Of a stretch of 62,126 nt of DNA, positions 1-13,484 are shown piece by piece. The notes beneath the pieces are model-generated. The model was not told the origin of the DNA. It was given only the letters and a program-made list of their open reading frames with translations, and searched no databases. Origin of the DNA: Harriotta raleighana (Eukaryota); assembly GCA_050575255.1 (NCBI GenBank), contig JBNZDD010013657.1, positions 2,917,830 to 2,979,955 on the forward strand, given 5' to 3'. The translations under genes were made by a program, and so were the position numbers. Position 1 is the stretch's first letter, and each line of letters starts with the position of its first letter.

Positions 1-513
1 AGTTGAGATTCTATATGCTCACTCTCTGACGTAATAACCATCAATTGGTAATGAATCCAAGGAACTCTGCCATCTCTGCCGTTTGAGATGACTTGGCCCA
101 TCTCAAACCTTCCTCTTTGGCCGTGCCTTCAGCCATCCTCCTCCCACCCACTTGCTCTTCACCCTTCTTGATTCCAATCACCATCTCCAGTTCAAACCTT
201 TGGCAGCCCAGGACCTTGGGATGTAATCCCGACATGAACGGCGCTATATAAATGCAATTTGTTGTTTTGGATGATAGAATATTCATGTGTGAGTGAGTCA
301 ACCTTATTGCTACCTTAAAAGGCTACCCGATCTCCAGCTGGTTAAAGATGAACATCAAGTTGAATATGTGATTGTGTTTGGCTTATGAATCCCTTGCCAT
401 AGAGTTCTCCCTTGATATCATTGGCCATGGCATATCTGTGGACAACAACACTTGGACCAAGTAGCAGAGGGTTGTTGACACCTTGGAAAGCATTCCCCAG
501 GGTCAATGCAAGA

Positions 514-696
514 TAAAATTGGTCATTTCAATCCAGAATTGTTTGTGAGACACTGCAGTGTGCAATTGACTGCCGCGTTTCACCCACAAAATATACAGTC
601 AATTCACTTTAAAGTGTATTCTGTGAAGCGCTTTGAGATGTCTAGAAGACGTGAAAAGCGCCATATAAAAAGCAAGGATTATTCTTCTTATTATTA
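514..696 (+). mobile_element. Young tRNA-derived SINE, 5'-truncated
   Basis: Matches the 3' two-thirds of the full copy at 3136-3451 and ends in AGCGCTTTGAGATGTCTAGAAGACGTGAAAAGCG...GGATTATT. Confidence 0.85.
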
Positions 697-3135
697 GTTA
701 TAAGATTACATCTTCAAAGTAAAGCCAAGCTATGTTTGGCAACAGAAGCAACAAGGTGCATGAGTGTGCACGTTGGGTGAGAACAGGTTTGGATTAAACT
801 TTGAAGCATACTGTCATGCATGAAAATTAATCACTTCTGCCAGTTACTGGAGCATCACTGGAACCTCAGGGGGGCAACCACCCTATAAGCAAAAGGTAGA
901 CAATTGGATGGCGGAACCGCTTTCTCAGATTGTACTATAAAACTCTGTAACCTTTCACATTTAAAGGATGGAATAGAATTCTGTCCATCCAAATTAGCCT
1001 GAGTACAAATAGTTTGAAATTCACAGTGTACAGTGCCTCAATGGGATTACTGTTAATTCGATAGGTTTGACATTTAGTCTAAGAACATGTGCCCCTCCAA
1101 CGAATCAGTAGGCCGACCACGGTGTTTTGCAATTGTGCACAATTACTAGTGAGCCTGTTGTGTTCTTCAGGATTTACCTCGAGGGGAAGGAAAAGTCAAT
1201 AAATTATGTTATGAAAACTTCTAGAAGTTTACACCCACCTCTTGAAACAGGAACAGAAACAGTAATCAGGACGGAGGAATGTGGGCTTGTCCAGCCAGCA
1301 AGGTCACTGACTGAGCAAAGGTGAAACAATACAGTTGCTTTGGTTTCTCAGTAATGTGTAAGGAGTAAAATTTGAAAGTGATTCCTAGTTGAATTCACTA
1401 TTAAGCACTGCCAAGTATCTCACGAGCAGAATGTTTTGCTGCCAAATACAATGAAAGGGCGTTTCAAATGTGGCTATGACTCTATAGACGTGAAAATAGA
1501 TAGCTCGGTGGGAACATGATATTGTTACACAATATGCTAAGTGGGATTGAGAAAGTAAATCCAAAAGAGCACAAGGTCAGGGTCTCAAAGGACAACAAAA
1601 ACAACTTGCATTGATGTAGTGCAACTTCATGCAGGATAGAGTCCCGAGGAGCTTGAGAGTGGTGGAGGCTGATCCTGAACCAGGGGGGAGAGGGGGTGGG
1701 TGGGGTAGGTGATGAAAAGCCCGATCAAAAAGGAAGGTCTTTGGGAGGGATGGATCAACGCTGTCTTTCACCGAGCTGTTAATTCATCAAATCTGTATTG
1801 GGTGTCAGCCTGGCTCAGGCAGGAGTACCCTCGCCCCTGAGCTTAGAGAGTTATTGACAGAAAGNGAGGGATGGATCAACGCTGTCTTTCACCGAGCTGT
1901 TAATTCATCAAATCTATATTGGGTGTCAGCCTGGCTCAGGCAGGTGTACCCTCCTCGCCCCTGAGCTTAGAGAGTTATTGACAGAAAGATTTGGGGGACT
2001 TTGAGTTGAAAGTACAGGGCAGTGGAGGAGCGCTGCATTGTTGCTCTCAGATGCAGTTCCTACAATTGAGCACAATTCCCTCTAAATTCCTCTTTGACAT
2101 TATAGAGGCAGAAATGATTGTTGTAGTAAGCTTGTTTCAATGAGGTTCCACTGTACAGTACTCATATATTTTGTTCTAGTCTTTGGCTTCCAGTTTTCCC
2201 TTTGCCAGGATAATATTCCAAGAACCATTCATCCTCCAGCTTCCATTATTCATGTGTGAGAATTGGCAAGAAAGTCAACCACAGAAGGACATCACAGTCC
2301 AGCCTCTTGCTACCTTCTGCAAAGGGGATCTGCGTTGCACCCGGGAGAGGGAAATCAGACTGTTTTTCATCTCTTTTTTTCCAAGGCCTTCAAGCTTGAA
2401 GTGGCTACCTTGGCTCCGGAGTTAGTTTGTTTCCTATTTCACTTAGAGAATGAAGAAAAACCTGCAAAAATAGCTGTAGTCATGTTACAGCATCAGAATA
2501 ATGTGAACTACAAGTGAGCAGCTCAGATGGTTCATAGAGTCATCTAAATCCGTACACTGTGTTACAGCCTCAAACTGATGAGATTTTCCTATTGAGTTTA
2601 GCCATATGGAATTGGTGTAAACGCTGGTTAATGTTCGTTTCTTTATTGCACAAGTTACTGGAATGTGTGATGTTTTGGATGCATGAATTTCGAGATGTGA
2701 ATTTCAACTTGTGAATTTCCAGATTGATTTCGAAAGCATGTGGGACACTCGCCTGGGTTGTAATAACATCAGTTGACAAGCAGAATCTTCCGCATGGGGT
2801 GCACAAAGGCTACTAAAACCCCTTTTACAAAATAGCAACTAGCATTTACATAACACCAGTCGCACAGTCCCAGAGTGCTTGATTAAAAGAGTCTTAAGAG
2901 GAGCTGAAACAAGCTGTCAGAGATGCATTTTGCCTCTCATGTCACTCCATCCATGTTGCAGAAGGGTGTACTGAACATAGTTTCGGATCAGTATCTGCCC
3001 TAAAAATGATGACACTTACACCAATCCGTTGGGGAACTAAGTAGAGTTAGGCACTGAATACTGAATACAATTACAGTACCATCATTCTTCCACAAGTTTC
3101 AGTTGTTGATCTGTACACTGTAAACAAAAATCATT

Positions 3136-3451
3136 GTGGAGTCCTGTAGCTCAGTGGTTAGAGCACTCGCCTTACAAGCATGAGATCTGTGTTTGAATCC
3201 AGGTAGGTCAGGGCGAAACCTTGGGCAAGTTTCCTTATTCCACTCGCCTAACAATAATCCCTCCAAAAAAACCACAATAATAAAATTGTTCATTTCAATC
3301 CACGACTGTTTATGGGACACTGCTGTGTGCAATTGGCTGCTGCATTTTGCCCACAAATATACAGTCAATTTAATTTACTGTATATTCTGTGAAGCGCTTT
3401 GAGACATCTAAAAGACGTGAAAAGCGCTATATCAAATGCAAGGATTATTAT
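3136..3451 (+). mobile_element. Young tRNA-derived SINE, full length (tRNA head + partial Deu-like core + L2-type tail)
   Basis: Pol III A box TAGCTCAGTGG, B-box-like GTTTGAATCC, core GCTGTGTGCAATTGGCTGC, stem-loop tail and (TAT)n end. More than 15 related copies in the window. Confidence 0.9.
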
Positions 3452-4741
3452 GGGGATGCTGTACCTGCAAGATCTTGTTATAGGATTCTTATATTCCGGT
3501 GCGTATTACAATGGAAGCAAGGCAAGAGTCATAAAAGATTGACCCTTTGTTCACCGAGCTTCCACTTTTTGACTGAAACGAGTTTGCGCATTGTGTTCAG
3601 TAGTTTGCAGGATGACTAACAGGAAATAAGTCACTGAAAACAGAATGTCTTCCTTTACATGTTACGCAATGTGAAAATGTGACACTTGAAAGTATTGTTG
3701 CGTTGTGTTGCTGCCAATATCTCTGTGCAAATCAAATGTACAGAACCATACCCAACAAACAGAAACACATGCGTTTGCTTTTCGTCTGTTTTTTCACTCA
3801 TGTCAAAGCAGCTTCAGGGAACAGCCACATGTCAATGAGAAAACAGACCCTTGAATGGGTCATGGTTCAGTTCAAAGGGATTTGACCCAACTAAATAAGC
3901 AAAACAGATCTGAATTCCTATAAGTACTGGCGCTCTCCAGTAACTAATTGCAGGAATGTCCTGGCTACACATTACATTTTGCTCACATTTTGATGGTATA
4001 CAAGAGATATGTTGAATATGGATTGCCTTGTTTGGCGTTTGCTAACACTGCTGTTAATATAAAGCTGGTCAGAGTTGCGACCTGGAGAAATGCAACTTCA
4101 TGCCCGTAGGCCCCCATAAATACCACGCTCCCAATCCCAGACATGTGTGGGTGCCAGACACGTTCCTACAGGGAGAGAGAGAAAATCTGTGAATAATTGA
4201 CTCTCGACCGTTTGCGTGCATCTCGCTCATTGGCTGGTTTCCGAGTAACTCGCCAGAGTGAAACATCCAACTTGAACTATGTATTTATCGGAATTCCAAT
4301 TGGAGCTGGCATTAGTGTGATATTCTAGTTGATTCGGTGTATGGTGCATTAGGTTAGAAGGGTGCTGGCTGGCTTCTGCGACATGGAGAAACAGAATAGT
4401 GCAAGTGAACCAGTGTTCGATCCAGAGTAACCTCAGCCACTCCAGCGGACTCCGAAACCGGGGAAATGAACGTTTTTTAGCTCAGCATGTGAATTGAGGT
4501 TAAACTATTCTTTCGAGGCAACGGGGGTTGCAAACTTATTGTCTTGAACTGAAAACATCTCCAGACTTGCAACAGAATTCCTGCAATTACATTTTCCAAA
4601 GTACCCAAAGGATCGTTCGCCTTGACAGTAAAACTTGCAAAATTGCCTTTATAAAATGGCAAAACTTTTGGCAATTGAATTTTGCTTCAGTCCAGATTTT
4701 AGTCACAAAAGGCCATAATAATACTGGAGTATCAAAAGAAG

Positions 4742-4941
4742 AACCCTTGCATTTGTTATAGCGCTTTATCCCAACTTCGAGACGTCTGAACGCGCTTCAC
4801 AGAATACACTGGAAAGTGAATTGACTATAAACAGATATGTGGAGTAAAGAAGCTTGCCCAATGTTTCGCCCTGCCTGGGAATCAAAACCAGGTCCTCTAG
4901 CTTGCGAGTCGAAAGCTCTAACCACTAAGCTACAGGATTCT
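4742..4941 (-). mobile_element. Young SINE, internally deleted
   Basis: Reverse-strand tRNA head (ACCACTAAGCTACAGGA) joined to the tail, with the middle missing. Confidence 0.8.
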
Positions 4942-7900
4942 ATACTACAAGCATGGGTTATTATTGTTTCAGGGAAAACTGCTCAAGTTTGGCATCTGAG
5001 AAAGTCATTGAACTGCAAAATGTTGAGTTGTTTGAGGATAATAGCTGCCTTTAACTTACCAGTAACTTTTGCAGCTGATGATTTGCCAAGTCCAAACATT
5101 CTTGCATGTTTACTCACACTTCTGTGGTGAGACCGCACTATACAGAATGAGCATTTCCACATTGAAGGACAATATGATTTCCATAGCTCACAAACACAAG
5201 GCCACAGTTTGTTGACACTTTGTTGTGTGGCATATAAGCATATCTAAGGACTGACATTTCTTATGGTTTTAAACCACAGTTTTAAAATTTACTGAATTTT
5301 CGGGAAAACTTCTAAATTCTGTTTTAATTTGGAAGCTGGTTTTTTGAGCAGCAATAAAACTGCTTCCAAACTCAAATTTGGGGAGTAGAGGGATTTCCTC
5401 ACCAGATGACATTAATGTTGGATTAATTTGCACCAAACTTGAAGGAGATGAACGCACCCCGCAAATCACTATCAGAAGAACCAGCAGATGACATTACAGC
5501 ATTGTGGAATTTACAGCAGATGAGATCCAGACATTTAGGGATTTGCTGGAGAACAAAATGGATGAGGAAATTAGATTGGTCAGAGCACTGTATATAATAA
5601 TGCATCAATCCACTGAGCATCTTACAAATGAGCAAGCTGTAGTTCAGGTCCAAATGGAACTACAACCAGAGGAACCCGAAGATCAGGAGGATTCATAGTT
5701 GGTGGTAAGCATCACCAACAGAAGCTGGGAAGCCATTTAAAGTTGGCCTGGCTTGTCTTGAGTCTTAGGACATCCAGATCACCTAACTCAACAATCAGCT
5801 GTTTGCCCGGATAGCCTGAAGGTGAGGAATGGAACTGACTTCTTCAAGAAGCCGAACTGAACGATTTAGTGTCTGCGATTTTTGCAAACAATACTTTACC
5901 ATTAAAAAAATGCACCATTTGTTCATATGCGGGTACCAGTGAAGCAATGGGGTGCTATCTCTCTCAAGCCGACAGAGCCATATAATGCACTCTATTATGA
6001 TGCATTGTCGCACACTGTGATCCCTGACTATCATAGTATAGTGGGGCTATAGCGTGGAGTTACCTGAACATCACCAGAGGATCAAAAGTGTATTTCTATC
6101 ATTCTTGGTTGATAGTAACACAACCAAGATACACAAAGTCATTGCCTCTCTCTGCCTTCATTATGCAATGTCAAGTCTTTGATATACAGTATGCAGAACG
6201 ATCCCAACCTTAATTTCCTTGGCTAGAGATTTCCAAGCTGCTCGTTCAGACTGTTTTCCAGAAGAGCAAATATCATCTGCAGATATTTGCACCATCAACA
6301 TTTTTACGCAGTTGTTTCGTGAAAAGTTACCCGTCCTAATGTTGGAATTCTCAATGTTGTTTTTCTGATTACTTTCTTTTTCCAGATTACTAGATGCCAC
6401 TTATTCAACGTGATCCCAGGCTGCAGTTCTCTCTCATGTGAAGTCAGGAAGGATTTTTACCAATTATTAGTCATTATATTGCTTTGAAAACAGGTTTCAA
6501 ATGCTTCCTTTAAATTAAAGTAATCAAAAGAAACAACATAAAATGTTTAATATCCTTAGCTTCCACCATCAATTAAGCCATTAAAACATGACTTAGATAG
6601 CAACCTAGTTGTTATTAAACTAAACAAAGTNGATCCCAGGCTGCAGTTCTCTCTCATGTGAAGTCAGGAAGGATTTTTACCAATTATTAGTCATTATATT
6701 GCTTTGAAAACAGGTTTCAAATGCTTCCTTTAAATTAAAGTAATCAAAAGAAACAACATAAAACGTTTAATATCCTTAGCTTCCACCATCAATTAAGCCA
6801 TTAAAACATGATTTAGATAGCAACCTAGTTGTTATTAAACTAAACAAAGTGTCCTCCACCATTCACCATTCAACTTTTATTAACTTTAAACTAAGCTCTC
6901 AGGAGATGGAGGGAACAGACCTACAGTTTATAACGTGCCAGAGGAAGGGATGTCATTTGTATCCACCATGGTTTTACCCCAAAATCATACTATTTGTGAA
7001 AGGAATCCCTTCAGTTGGTGTCGGAGCAAGACTCCAGCTTGCCTCAGCTCCTGACNTGTCCTCCACCATTCACCATTCAACTTTTATTAACTTTAAACTA
7101 AGCTCTCAGGAGATGGAGGGAACAGACCTACAGTTTATAACGTGCCAGAGGAAGGGATGTCATTTGTATCCACCATGGTTTTACCCCAAAATCATACTAT
7201 TTGTGAAAGGAATCCCTTCAGTTGGTGTCGGAGCAAGACTCCAGCTTGCCTCAGCTCCTGACTTCTGTATTTTTGCTGGTGAATCAGCCCAAATCCATAT
7301 GATTCTACAGCTCAACATGCAGTAAGCAAAGGCATTGCACTTTGCAAACTTGAATGACTGAGAATTTCTCCTGAAGCTTACGTTTTTACACCACATGTGC
7401 ACAGCACAGCTATGCAGCTTTGGACCAGTTTCAATAAGAAATAGTTTGCCAGGAAGTGTTTGTTGTCAAAGACTGGATTTAATTTGAATTGCTTGCGCAT
7501 TGTTTGACATTTGACTCCTTGCTGGAAATTAATTCAAGTTCCTCCCACTGCCTCAACGAAAGCTTCCCACTTTTACTCGTTAGGATGCGAGACAGAACCA
7601 AAGCATAGTTTGTCCCACATTGAACAACTGGAGTCCCAGCGAGTGACAACCTGCAGAGAACTGACCCTCTCAATGACTATTTAACTGGATTAAGTAGGAG
7701 TGAAACAGTAGGTTGGTTCTGGCAGGGAGTGATGTTTGCTACTGATTGATCTTCGGAAGTTTTATCATCAATACCTCTCATATTCAGAATTACTGAAAGC
7801 TTCAATTACAAGTGTCGAAATGAAATAGCTACATTTTTCATTATGTTAGATTGCATATAAAGCTTGGGCTCCTGCGTAAACTATTGAGAATGTTGGGATT

Positions 7901-7959
7901 TTTCTTTGTGTGTTTTTTAAGTCCCGCACGTTTATTTTCCATGTTGTTTCTTCTATAAT

Positions 7960-8120
7960 ATTAATAACGCTTTAGCGCTTTTCATGTCTTCTAGACATAT
8001 AAAGCACTTCACAGAATATACTGTAAAGTGAATTGACTGTATATTTTGTGGGAGAAACTCAGTGGCCAATTGTGCCCAGCAATAGACCACAAACAGTCAT
8101 GGATTGAAATGACCAATTTG
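7960..8120 (-). mobile_element. Young SINE 3' portion
   Basis: Reverse complement of the SINE tail and core. Confidence 0.8.
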
Positions 8121-8289
8121 TTAGTCGAATGCCAGAATTGCCCTCAGCATCCCTAGGCTAATGAGGAGTTATTCAGCCACTGTCCAGTGAGCCCTTGCCA
8201 CACACACAAATTTGCTGGAAATTATGAGTGTCTCCATGGTGGTGGTGGTGATGGGGAGTGGGGGGGGAGGTGAGAGACAATATTAGATA

Positions 8290-8965
8290 AAGAGAATCTC
8301 AGATTTGCCTGTGATCTGTGCCAACAAGAATGATGATCAAGCACATTGGGGTAGGAATAGTGAAGGAAGAGTTGATGAATTTGAATAAGGCAGGGATATC
8401 AACCAGGACACTAGGAGAACTTCCACCTTTCCTCTGAAAGACCAGCATGAGATCCTTAAGCCCACAACAAGGAGATGGGACCAAAGTTGACATCTCACCT
8501 AAATAGTGGCGTCTCCAACAAATACAGCACTCCTTTAGTATTGAACTAATCCTGAAGCTCAATAGTTAGAGCACTCGCCTTACAAGCGTGAGACCTGTGT
8601 TCGAATCCAAGCAGATCAGGGTGAAACCTTGGGCAAGTTTCCTTACTCCACACCCCTAACAATAATCCCTCCAAAAAGCCCCCCAATAATAAAATTGGTC
8701 ATTTCAATCCACGAATGTTTGTGAGACACTGTTGTGTGCAATTGGTTGCCGCATTTCACCCACAAATATACAGTCAATTAACTTTACAGTACATTCTGTG
8801 AAGCGCTTTGAGACCTCTAGGTTGTGAAAAAGCACTATATCAAATGTAAGGATTATTATTATTATAACAACCAGAGTCAGTGTAAACTACATGATCAAAT
8901 CCTGGTGTGGCGCTCAAATCCACAACCTTCTGACCCAGAGGTTAGAATGCAGCCGACTGAGACAG
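8290..8965 (-). mobile_element. Old Deu-domain SINE (SacSINE1/AmnSINE1-like), split by a young SINE
   Basis: Deu-like segment at 8290-8550; tRNA-head segment (CCACAACCTTCTGACCCAGAGG) resumes at ~8875 after the young SINE. Confidence 0.65.
8556..8866 (+). mobile_element. Young SINE, near full length, nested in the old Deu-SINE
   Basis: B box GTTCGAATCC, collinear with 3136-3451, (TAT)n end. Confidence 0.9.
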
Positions 8966-10529
8966 ACAGGCACAATAACATTAATGAGAACATCTCCGCC
9001 AAGGGCTTCATGCTTGGAGGTAAAATGGAAATTCAGATGTTTTGCCTGAAGGAATTTCTGAGCAAAAAGCACAGGGCTGAATAATTCAGCTAGGCTCATC
9101 GATTATACACTTCCGAGACCCAACAACATGAGGCAGTTAGTTGCTCCTTCTCTGCAAACTTTAGAAAGCATATTTCGCACTTCCACAGAAATATCTTTGC
9201 CTTGCTCTAAAGACGTGGAACAGAGCAGTGTGGGAAGTAAGGGTGCAGACTTGTCAATAGGCTGAAAGGATTATACTCATTGTTTTAATGTACTAAAGCC
9301 TTCGAGTAATCTGCCTTCATAAAGGCAATTCCTGCTTGATCCAGTGCCGTACAAATTTAACAGCATCCATTATTTAGCCAAAGCCTTTTTTATTTGAAAA
9401 AGAACTAATGTAAATAGAAAGGTTCTTGAGATATGGCGACTCCTGTACAGCAGTTATTGTTCATGCAAATCCCATTTTGGAAAGTTCAAGTAGTAAAAGC
9501 CAAGTCTTAATAGTCGTGAAGTCAAAATGACCAAATGCAAATCTATTGGCGAGATTTGGGATAAAACTCGATTGAACTTGGGTTTGATCAACTGACAATT
9601 ATCCATTTAAAGCTCTACATATGAAGGTTAACAACAATTGCATTTGTATACTGCCTTTCACATCAGGAGGACATCCCAAGATGCTGAATAGTCAGGGATT
9701 TCAACCCGAGCTGAATCTAAATGAATAAATAAAATGCATTCACTAACACACAGGAATTTGTTTAAAAAAAGAAAAGAATTGCTACCATAGATGGAAAGGT
9801 ATTGCGAGTTTCTGAAAACACTAATGGACAATTTGATGAACAGATGGAAATCGTAATTTGCAGTTATCTAAGTGCATCAGAAAGAAGAAGAATCGATCAC
9901 TGCTACAATTAATTAAGAGGAGTAATGGCCAAGTGCAGATTCTTAATACATCACAGCTGACACGGCCTCATTTTACTTATACAACACGAAGAAGATTCAA
10001 ATGTCACAGTTACTGTCAAACAAAGAACACAATGTCCACTCATAAGATTTTTAATGTTTCATCACATGCAGCAAGCAATTAAATCTACTGCCTGGTGGGA
10101 GAGAAAACATTAGCTTTAATATTTGATGATAAACTGAAACATTTCAATAACCCAAAGCTATTTCCTCCTTTGTAATTATGGTTACAAATGTTACTCATAA
10201 ATTTCACTAATTGCTTGAAAATGCCATTTTGCTTCAGCCAAATCACAATAATGCATATGAAAGAGAAAGTGATCTATTATTAGCAAACCTGTCCCTGTCA
10301 CAAAATAGCCCACTTGCTGTGTTTTGCCCATAAAAAAATTTGCTTTGCAGTATATGCTCTGAGACATCTCAAAGATGTGATATCAAGGATTATTATTTGT
10401 TATTTGATCTCATCCTTCCAGAACCCTCACTCAATTGTCTTCCCACCACAGTGTATGGATGCTACACTGCAAGAAGGATGCTTTTGTATTTTTTTTATTT
10501 ATGGATAAGTTGTTTATGAATGAGACCAC

Positions 10530-11050
10530 TATTCCAGCATCAACTGCCCTTCCTAACATCCTATTCCAGTTCTTAATTACCCTCTGAGGAAAGAAAAAAT
10601 CCTAGTGCCTGAAATACCCTCCATAGTTCCAAACCTGTGTCCTCTTAATCTACAGCGCTGCTACATCCTAAAGTATTCTTCTGGGTTCAGTGAGTTGGGA
10701 CGTCCTCCCGACATGAAAAGCGCTCTATAAATGTAGTGTTGCTGTTGTTTAGCTTTTCAATTTTATTTGAAATGTAATACACCTCTATAAGGTCCCCTCT
10801 GAGATGTCCCATTTCAAGACTGAAGAGACCTCAGCCTCTCTACTTATTTCTCACAGCTTATTCCCTTTAACACTGGGATGAAGCTCATTGCACTGCTTGT
10901 CAAGCTTATACAACACCCTTTAATGTCACAGTGACCAGAACTGATTGCAGTATCTTGGTGCATCCTGACCTCAGCACTACACAGTATGACTTCTGGGAAC
11001 AGATCGCAAGCAATTTAACAATATAGTCCAGCATCCTGTTGCTTTATTTA
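10530..11050 (-). mobile_element. Degraded CR1 LINE fragment with an L2 tail inserted at ~10690-10750
   Basis: Antisense CR1 ORF2 C-terminal-like text (e.g. GACCAGAACTG..GCAGTA), heavily diverged. Confidence 0.5.
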
Positions 11051-11794
11051 CATCATTGAATAGCACATTTTTCCCTTCATTTAAATAATGTTAACGTTTC
11101 TCAGCTGTTCCTTGTTCCTCTATGCAGTTATTTAGTCCAACAAGCCTCTGAAGACACTTTACCCTAACCCCCACCCCTCCGGAAGTAAAGATAAATTCTG
11201 CAAGATTGAACAGTAAGAAATTCTTCCTATTGCACATTCCGCCTGTCTCAGTACAAACTGCTGAAGTCTCTATAATTTGTAGTGTGAGCTTTCAGTCACT
11301 TTACCACAGCTCTCTTATCTCTCTCTTCCCAAATCCCTCCACCTCATACCCCCCTCTCTGTTTTCCCTGCAAGAAGGAAATTTACACATGTTAAAAGCAT
11401 CATTATTTAATATGATCGCTCTTCTGTCGATCGATTTTGTTTTTAATATATTTTGCTTAACTTCTAACCACTGGTCATATCACTGAGTTATTGACTGTGA
11501 AGAGCTGTTGTTTCAATAAGACAATCAACGTTAATGTACATGGCTGAAACAATCTGAAACCCCTTGGGATGTCCTCCTGACGTGAAAGGTGCTACATAAA
11601 TGTAATTTTGTTGTTGTTTGTATGCAGCACCTTGGGATAACGCCTCATGTTTGCGAGTCAGAAACTATCATGCCAGAGAGTAGCAACTCTTCAAAATAAT
11701 TTCCCCCTCAGTCAAACAATCCCAAGCAATTTCCACAAGGTTTTGGTCCACAGCTTTAAAAATAGTACAGATTTGGTACAATGTGGTATGTAGG

Positions 11795-11990
11795 ATCATA
11801 GAAACAGGAAAAGGCCATTCAGCCACTCTATCCTGTTCAGTCACTCTATTAGATCACGGATGATCTGCAACTCTCCATTTTACCCGCCGTCGCTCCATAT
11901 CTCTGGATGCCTAACAACAATCTATCAATTTCTTGAAAATTTAAATTGACGTGGCATCCAGAGCGTAATGGGGGAAGAGAGTTGACAAGG
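11795..11990 (-). mobile_element. CR1 LINE 3' end fragment
   Basis: GGCCATTCAGCC...AGATCACGGATGATC is the reverse complement of the CR1 3' end seen at 14423-14790. Confidence 0.7.
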
Positions 11991-13484
11991 ATAAGTGGTA
12001 CAGGAAACAGATATATCACACTGATGCAGTAGTGGTGCTGAGGGTTGTGTCAAAGCTATTTTATTATTGTGAGACCACTGTGTCAAGAAGACAATACAGT
12101 TAACGGAAATGTACCTGAAAAAAAATTTGTTCTCAATAATGCTCTCCTTCACAAGCTTGGCTCACAGAGAGAACTGGAAATATGATCCAATTATAAACTC
12201 GTTAGAAGTGGGAGAATGACACTGCAGATGGATTAGCCACTGCTACGTGCTGTCCCAATGCGCACAGATGTATTTTGAATAAGGGTTTCATCTGATAGAA
12301 TATTTAAACAAACCAAATTTTTACTCAATAAATCTAGCTGGTTTACGTGTCCCATTGCTGTACTACTGTGTTAAGAGAGTTTGGTTGTTTCCCAGCGGGC
12401 TCTGGACTGCTCCATGCTCCCTGCCATGAATGGCTGGGCAGACCTTCAGCCTTTCTGCCCCCACCTTTTGTAACTCCATTCCACGTTTTGCAAGTAAAAG
12501 ATGATGCAATTATCCCAGATTATTAATACTTTATTGTTTGTATTTTAAAATGAAAACCATATAGACCAGTGATGTCAAGTCTCTGCCATACGGGAAAGGC
12601 ATTTGAGCCCATTTTAATTGTTTCCCTGTGAAAAACCCCATGCCTCCATTCAATTTTTCAAAAAATTGGCTGTGAATGTCTGTGAACGGCCAATATCATT
12701 GGAACATGTGAAGCACGGACACGTTGTAAATCAAAAGCCTGGTTTGGATTAATGGCCAGCATTCATCTGCACAGTTTCCACGATTCATTGTGGACCTCAA
12801 TCAAAGCAATAACAAACGTCTTGAAATTTTCATTCAAGAAAGGTTCGCAGATATCAAATTGAAAATACTGTAGCACACAACATGCAAGACATTAACCTCT
12901 TCCTGTTTCTCTATTATCCATGTTACAGAGTAGATCAGTCCAGCCTGCGAAATTCTCCAATGTACAGTACCTAGGTCTGCTCTCGGGAAGTGAACCCAAG
13001 TCCTGCTTCAAAGATCCCAGTCAAAACCCACCACCATCTTCCCAGGAGATGCCCAGGTGATTGATCAAACATACATCGTGATAGAATTGTGTGAGGCGGT
13101 AATAAAACAAGGCCAATGTGATGTTGGTGACGCTGCTAAATTAGTTGAGTTCAGAACCCAAGATGTCACAGGTTAAGATGTAGTGTGGTTATTCCATACC
13201 TGGTGAAATGGTCTGTCAAGGTTGTTGCAGTTCATATAAATGTACAACATACTGTATATCTCGAAGATGTGATAGGGTGGTGAATGCAAGAAATACCTAA
13301 GTCCTCGAGGCAGTACGGAGGAACATGATCGAGGATGACTCATAGTGTTAGTAGGGAGAGCTATGAGAAAAGACTTGACAATTTCAGCACAGAAATAAGT
13401 CATTTTCTGCATATCATTTAATATCTTACTCTAGCCTCGGATGCATACGCTAACAAATCTCTGAGTGAAAACAATTATTTTAAC

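Noticed and set aside
3138-3210. tRNA-like sequences (also at 8556, 34200, 41015, 43156)
   Set aside because: They are SINE heads: no proper acceptor stem, variable anticodon region (TAC/TGC), and always fused to the SINE body.
4383-4720. Faint homeodomain-like pattern (GK*TFFSSACELRLNYSFE)
   Set aside because: Five stops in ~110 codons is about chance level, and the WFQN helix-3 motif is absent.
5423-5653. Minus-strand KCLDLICCKFHN resembling the Harbinger transposase C-terminal motif
   Set aside because: Spacing is wrong, no upstream DDE motifs or TIRs were found, and the plus-strand frame reads better.
6849-7325. 158-aa ORF with an internal repeat
   Set aside because: Its length and repeat are created by the N-flanked artefactual duplication.
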